Shown: one piece after another, positions 62,177 to 64,000 of the stretch | Layout: each line of letters starts with the position of its first letter | Position numbering within the stretch: position 1 is the first letter of the stretch | DNA from: an uncultured Candidatus Rokubacteria bacterium | Lineage (GTDB): Bacteria > Methylomirabilota > Methylomirabilia > Rokubacteriales > DASRDR01 | DNA length: 64,000 bases | Reading direction: 5' to 3' | NCBI GenBank assembly: GCA_963708025.1 | Contig: CAVPSB010000015.1 | Span: forward strand, 64,001-128,000 | Notes under the pieces: model-generated | The model's input: only the letters and a program-made list of their open reading frames with translations | Databases searched by the model: none | What the model was told of the DNA's origin: nothing | Made by a program: the position numbers and the translations under genes

Positions 62177-63028
62177 CTATCCTCCGTCGAGTCCTAGCAG
62201 CTCGAGGGGGCGCTCGTAGAGCACGCTCTCGATGACGCGCTCGGGGATGCGGGGCAGGTTGGTGCCCTCGACCATGCGGTTGAGGCCGCGGAACTGCTCG
62301 ATCGCCAGCTCCGGGGTGGCCACCGGGAAGTCGGTCCCGAACAGGAGCTTGTCTTCCACCCGGTACTCCAGGGCCAGGACGAGCCCGTTGTAGAGCTGCC
62401 ACGGGCGGTGGTACCGCGCCGACAGATCGGCGAAGACGCGCGGGTTCTTGCGCATCAGCATGACCGTCTCGGCCATCCACGGCTGGCCCAGGTGCGCCAC
62501 GATGATCGGGAGGTCCGGGAAGGCGCGGGCGACCGGGTCGAGGAGCACGGGGTTCGCGGTCTCCAGCGAGGCCGACGCCGGGTAGGCCCCGCCGGCGTGG
62601 AACATGACCGGGACCCGCCACCGGTTCGCCAGCTCGTAGAGGCGCCAGGCCTCCGGCATGCGGGGATCGAAGCCCTGGTAGGCTGGCGAGAGCTTGAGGC
62701 CGCGGAGCCCCAGCTCCCGGACCGCCCGCTCGAACTCCCGGGGGGCGTCGGCCTGCCGGGGGTTCACCGAGGCGAACCCGATCGCCCGGCCGCCCGACTC
62801 GGCCACCTGCTGGGCCACGAAGTCGTTCGGGACGTTGGGGCCGTGCGGGGCACCCCACTGGACCCCGACGATCACGTAGCGGTCCACGCCGGCCATGGCC
62901 CGGCGATGGGTGGCCGGCGGCGCATCGAGCGCGCCCACCCGGTCCTGCATCTCGCTCGCCTGGTCGGGGGTGAAGTGCTCGCGGAGCCACACGTGCGAGT
63001 GCCAGTCGATGAGGGAGCGCCCCGCCAC
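62177..63028 (-). CDS. Amidohydrolase_2 family protein
   Basis: IDWHSH, GLRGLKL, PVMFHAG, IIVAHLG.P, LLFGTDFP. Confidence 0.9.
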   Translation of the reverse strand: MAGRSLIDWHSHVWLREHFTPDQASEMQDRVGALDAPPATHRRAMAGVDRYVIVGVQWGAPHGPNVPNDFVAQQVAESGGRAIGFASVNPRQADAPREFERAVRELGLRGLKLSPAYQGFDPRMPEAWRLYELANRWRVPVMFHAGGAYPASASLETANPVLLDPVARAFPDLPIIVAHLGQPWMAETVMLMRKNPRVFADLSARYHRPWQLYNGLVLALEYRVEDKLLFGTDFPVATPELAIEQFRGLNRMVEGTNLPRIPERVIESVLYERPLELLGLDGG

Positions 63029-63439
63029 GGCGTCAGCCCTTCCTGGTCCGCCGGTCGTGAGAGCGTGAGTCACCCTGGACCATGCCAGGACCATAGGGCC
63101 CGCGTCTGCCTGCTGTCAACCGTCGGATCGAGACTCTCGGCGCTGTTGCGGTCCCCGAATCCGAAAGAACGTCGCCACTCGGCGGCGGCGGCGTAGCTGG
63201 GTGTCGGCGCGATTGCCGTGCTCGTCCGTCTCGATCATGCGGACGGCGCCGGGCAGCCGCATGACGGATCGTGCATCGGCGCCAGGATCGCGTTCGACGG
63301 GCGTACCTGTACCGGGGTATGCTTCGAGGTGGCGTCCTTCTGGCAATCAGGCGTGCTGAGCTATCTTGATCTTGACGGGGGGCTGGTATGAGCGCTCCAC
63401 GGCCCATTCTCGCGGTCATCCTGACCATGGGCCTCTTCT

Positions 63440-63674
63440 CTTCCGCGAGAGCGTCGAGACCGGTGGCCTCATGGCCTATGGGCCCAGCTTCTACGATCTC
63501 GGGCGTCGCGCGGCCAGCTACGTGGACAGAATTCTGAAGGGCGCCAAGCCCGCCGATCTCCCCGTGGAGCAACCGACCAAGTTCGAGCTGGTCGTCAATC
63601 TCAAGACTGCGAAGGCGCTGGGGCTGACGATCCCGCCGTCGCTGCTCGTGCTCACGGATCAGGTGATCGAGTGA
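63440..63674 (+). pseudogene. C-terminal remnant of an ABC substrate-binding protein
   Basis: GGLMAYGP…[38 protein letters not shown]; the N-terminal ~250 aa are absent upstream. Confidence 0.75.
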
Positions 63675-63705
63675 CCGAGTCGGGGCCCCGCCGGCCCAGG
63701 GTCCC

Positions 63706-64000
63706 ATGACCAGCGACCGGATCGAACCCCCCGCGTACTTCATGGGCATCGCGATGGCCGTCCGTCGCCGGGCGGACTGCCTCGGCAACCGGGTGGGCTC
63801 GATCGTCGTCCTGGACCGCCGGATCATCTCGACCGGGTACAACGGCACACCCGAGAACATGCCGAACTGCACGGAGGGCGGCTGCCACCGGTGCTCGAAC
63901 CGCGACCGGTACCCCCCGGGGACCGGCTACGACCTGTGCATCTGCGTCCACGCCGAGCAGAACGCCCTGCTGGCGGCCGCGCGCTTCGGCATCTCGGTGG
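63706..64000 (+). CDS. dCMP deaminase family protein, 3' truncated by window edge
   Basis: Own translation: YFMGIAMAVRRRADC..RVG…ISTGYNGTP…CICVHAEQNA. Confidence 0.9.
   Translation, partial: MTSDRIEPPAYFMGIAMAVRRRADCLGNRVGSIVVLDRRIISTGYNGTPENMPNCTEGGCHRCSNRDRYPPGTGYDLCICVHAEQNALLAAARFGISV

Noticed and set aside
63116-63346. 76-aa minus-strand ORF
   Set aside because: No recognisable motif or RBS; insufficient support

Overview
Very GC-rich, gene-dense bacterial window. The style (many ABC/TRAP transporters, a remnant of the expanded '[28 protein letters not shown]' substrate-binding family, REP-like palindromes) suggests Ca. Rokubacteria/Methylomirabilota, but that is inference only. Most genes are metabolic or transport: TRAP, a nucleoside ABC operon with cdd/deoA/PhoX, two peptide-type ABC operons, a NitT/TauT ABC operon, and an RfbH/TPP-enzyme dideoxysugar cluster. 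About a dozen single-base frameshifts look like long-read assembly errors. Highlights: (1) A complete IS110 element (8516-9681) inserted into a REP palindrome at a CT core. Its bridge RNA can be read from the sequence, with guides matching both the REP target and its own donor junction, plus a TTGACA-17-TATATT promoter that forms only on circularisation. (2) A compositionally distinct four-gene secreted cassette (Ig/PKD protein, carboxypeptidase-regulatory-like protein, Zn-phospholipase C/P1-nuclease-fold enzyme, unknown protein) that splits an ABC operon and may be an undescribed toxin/immunity or secreted-hydrolase system. (3) A family of G-rich modular repeats at operon gene junctions that carries the ribosome-binding site. 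(4) A CTAG-flanked MITE. (5) A Rho lacking its RNA-binding domain, a small protein with eukaryote-like C2H2 spacing, and an LLM oxidoreductase with an extra CxxC domain. No rRNA, tRNA or CRISPR array was recognised.
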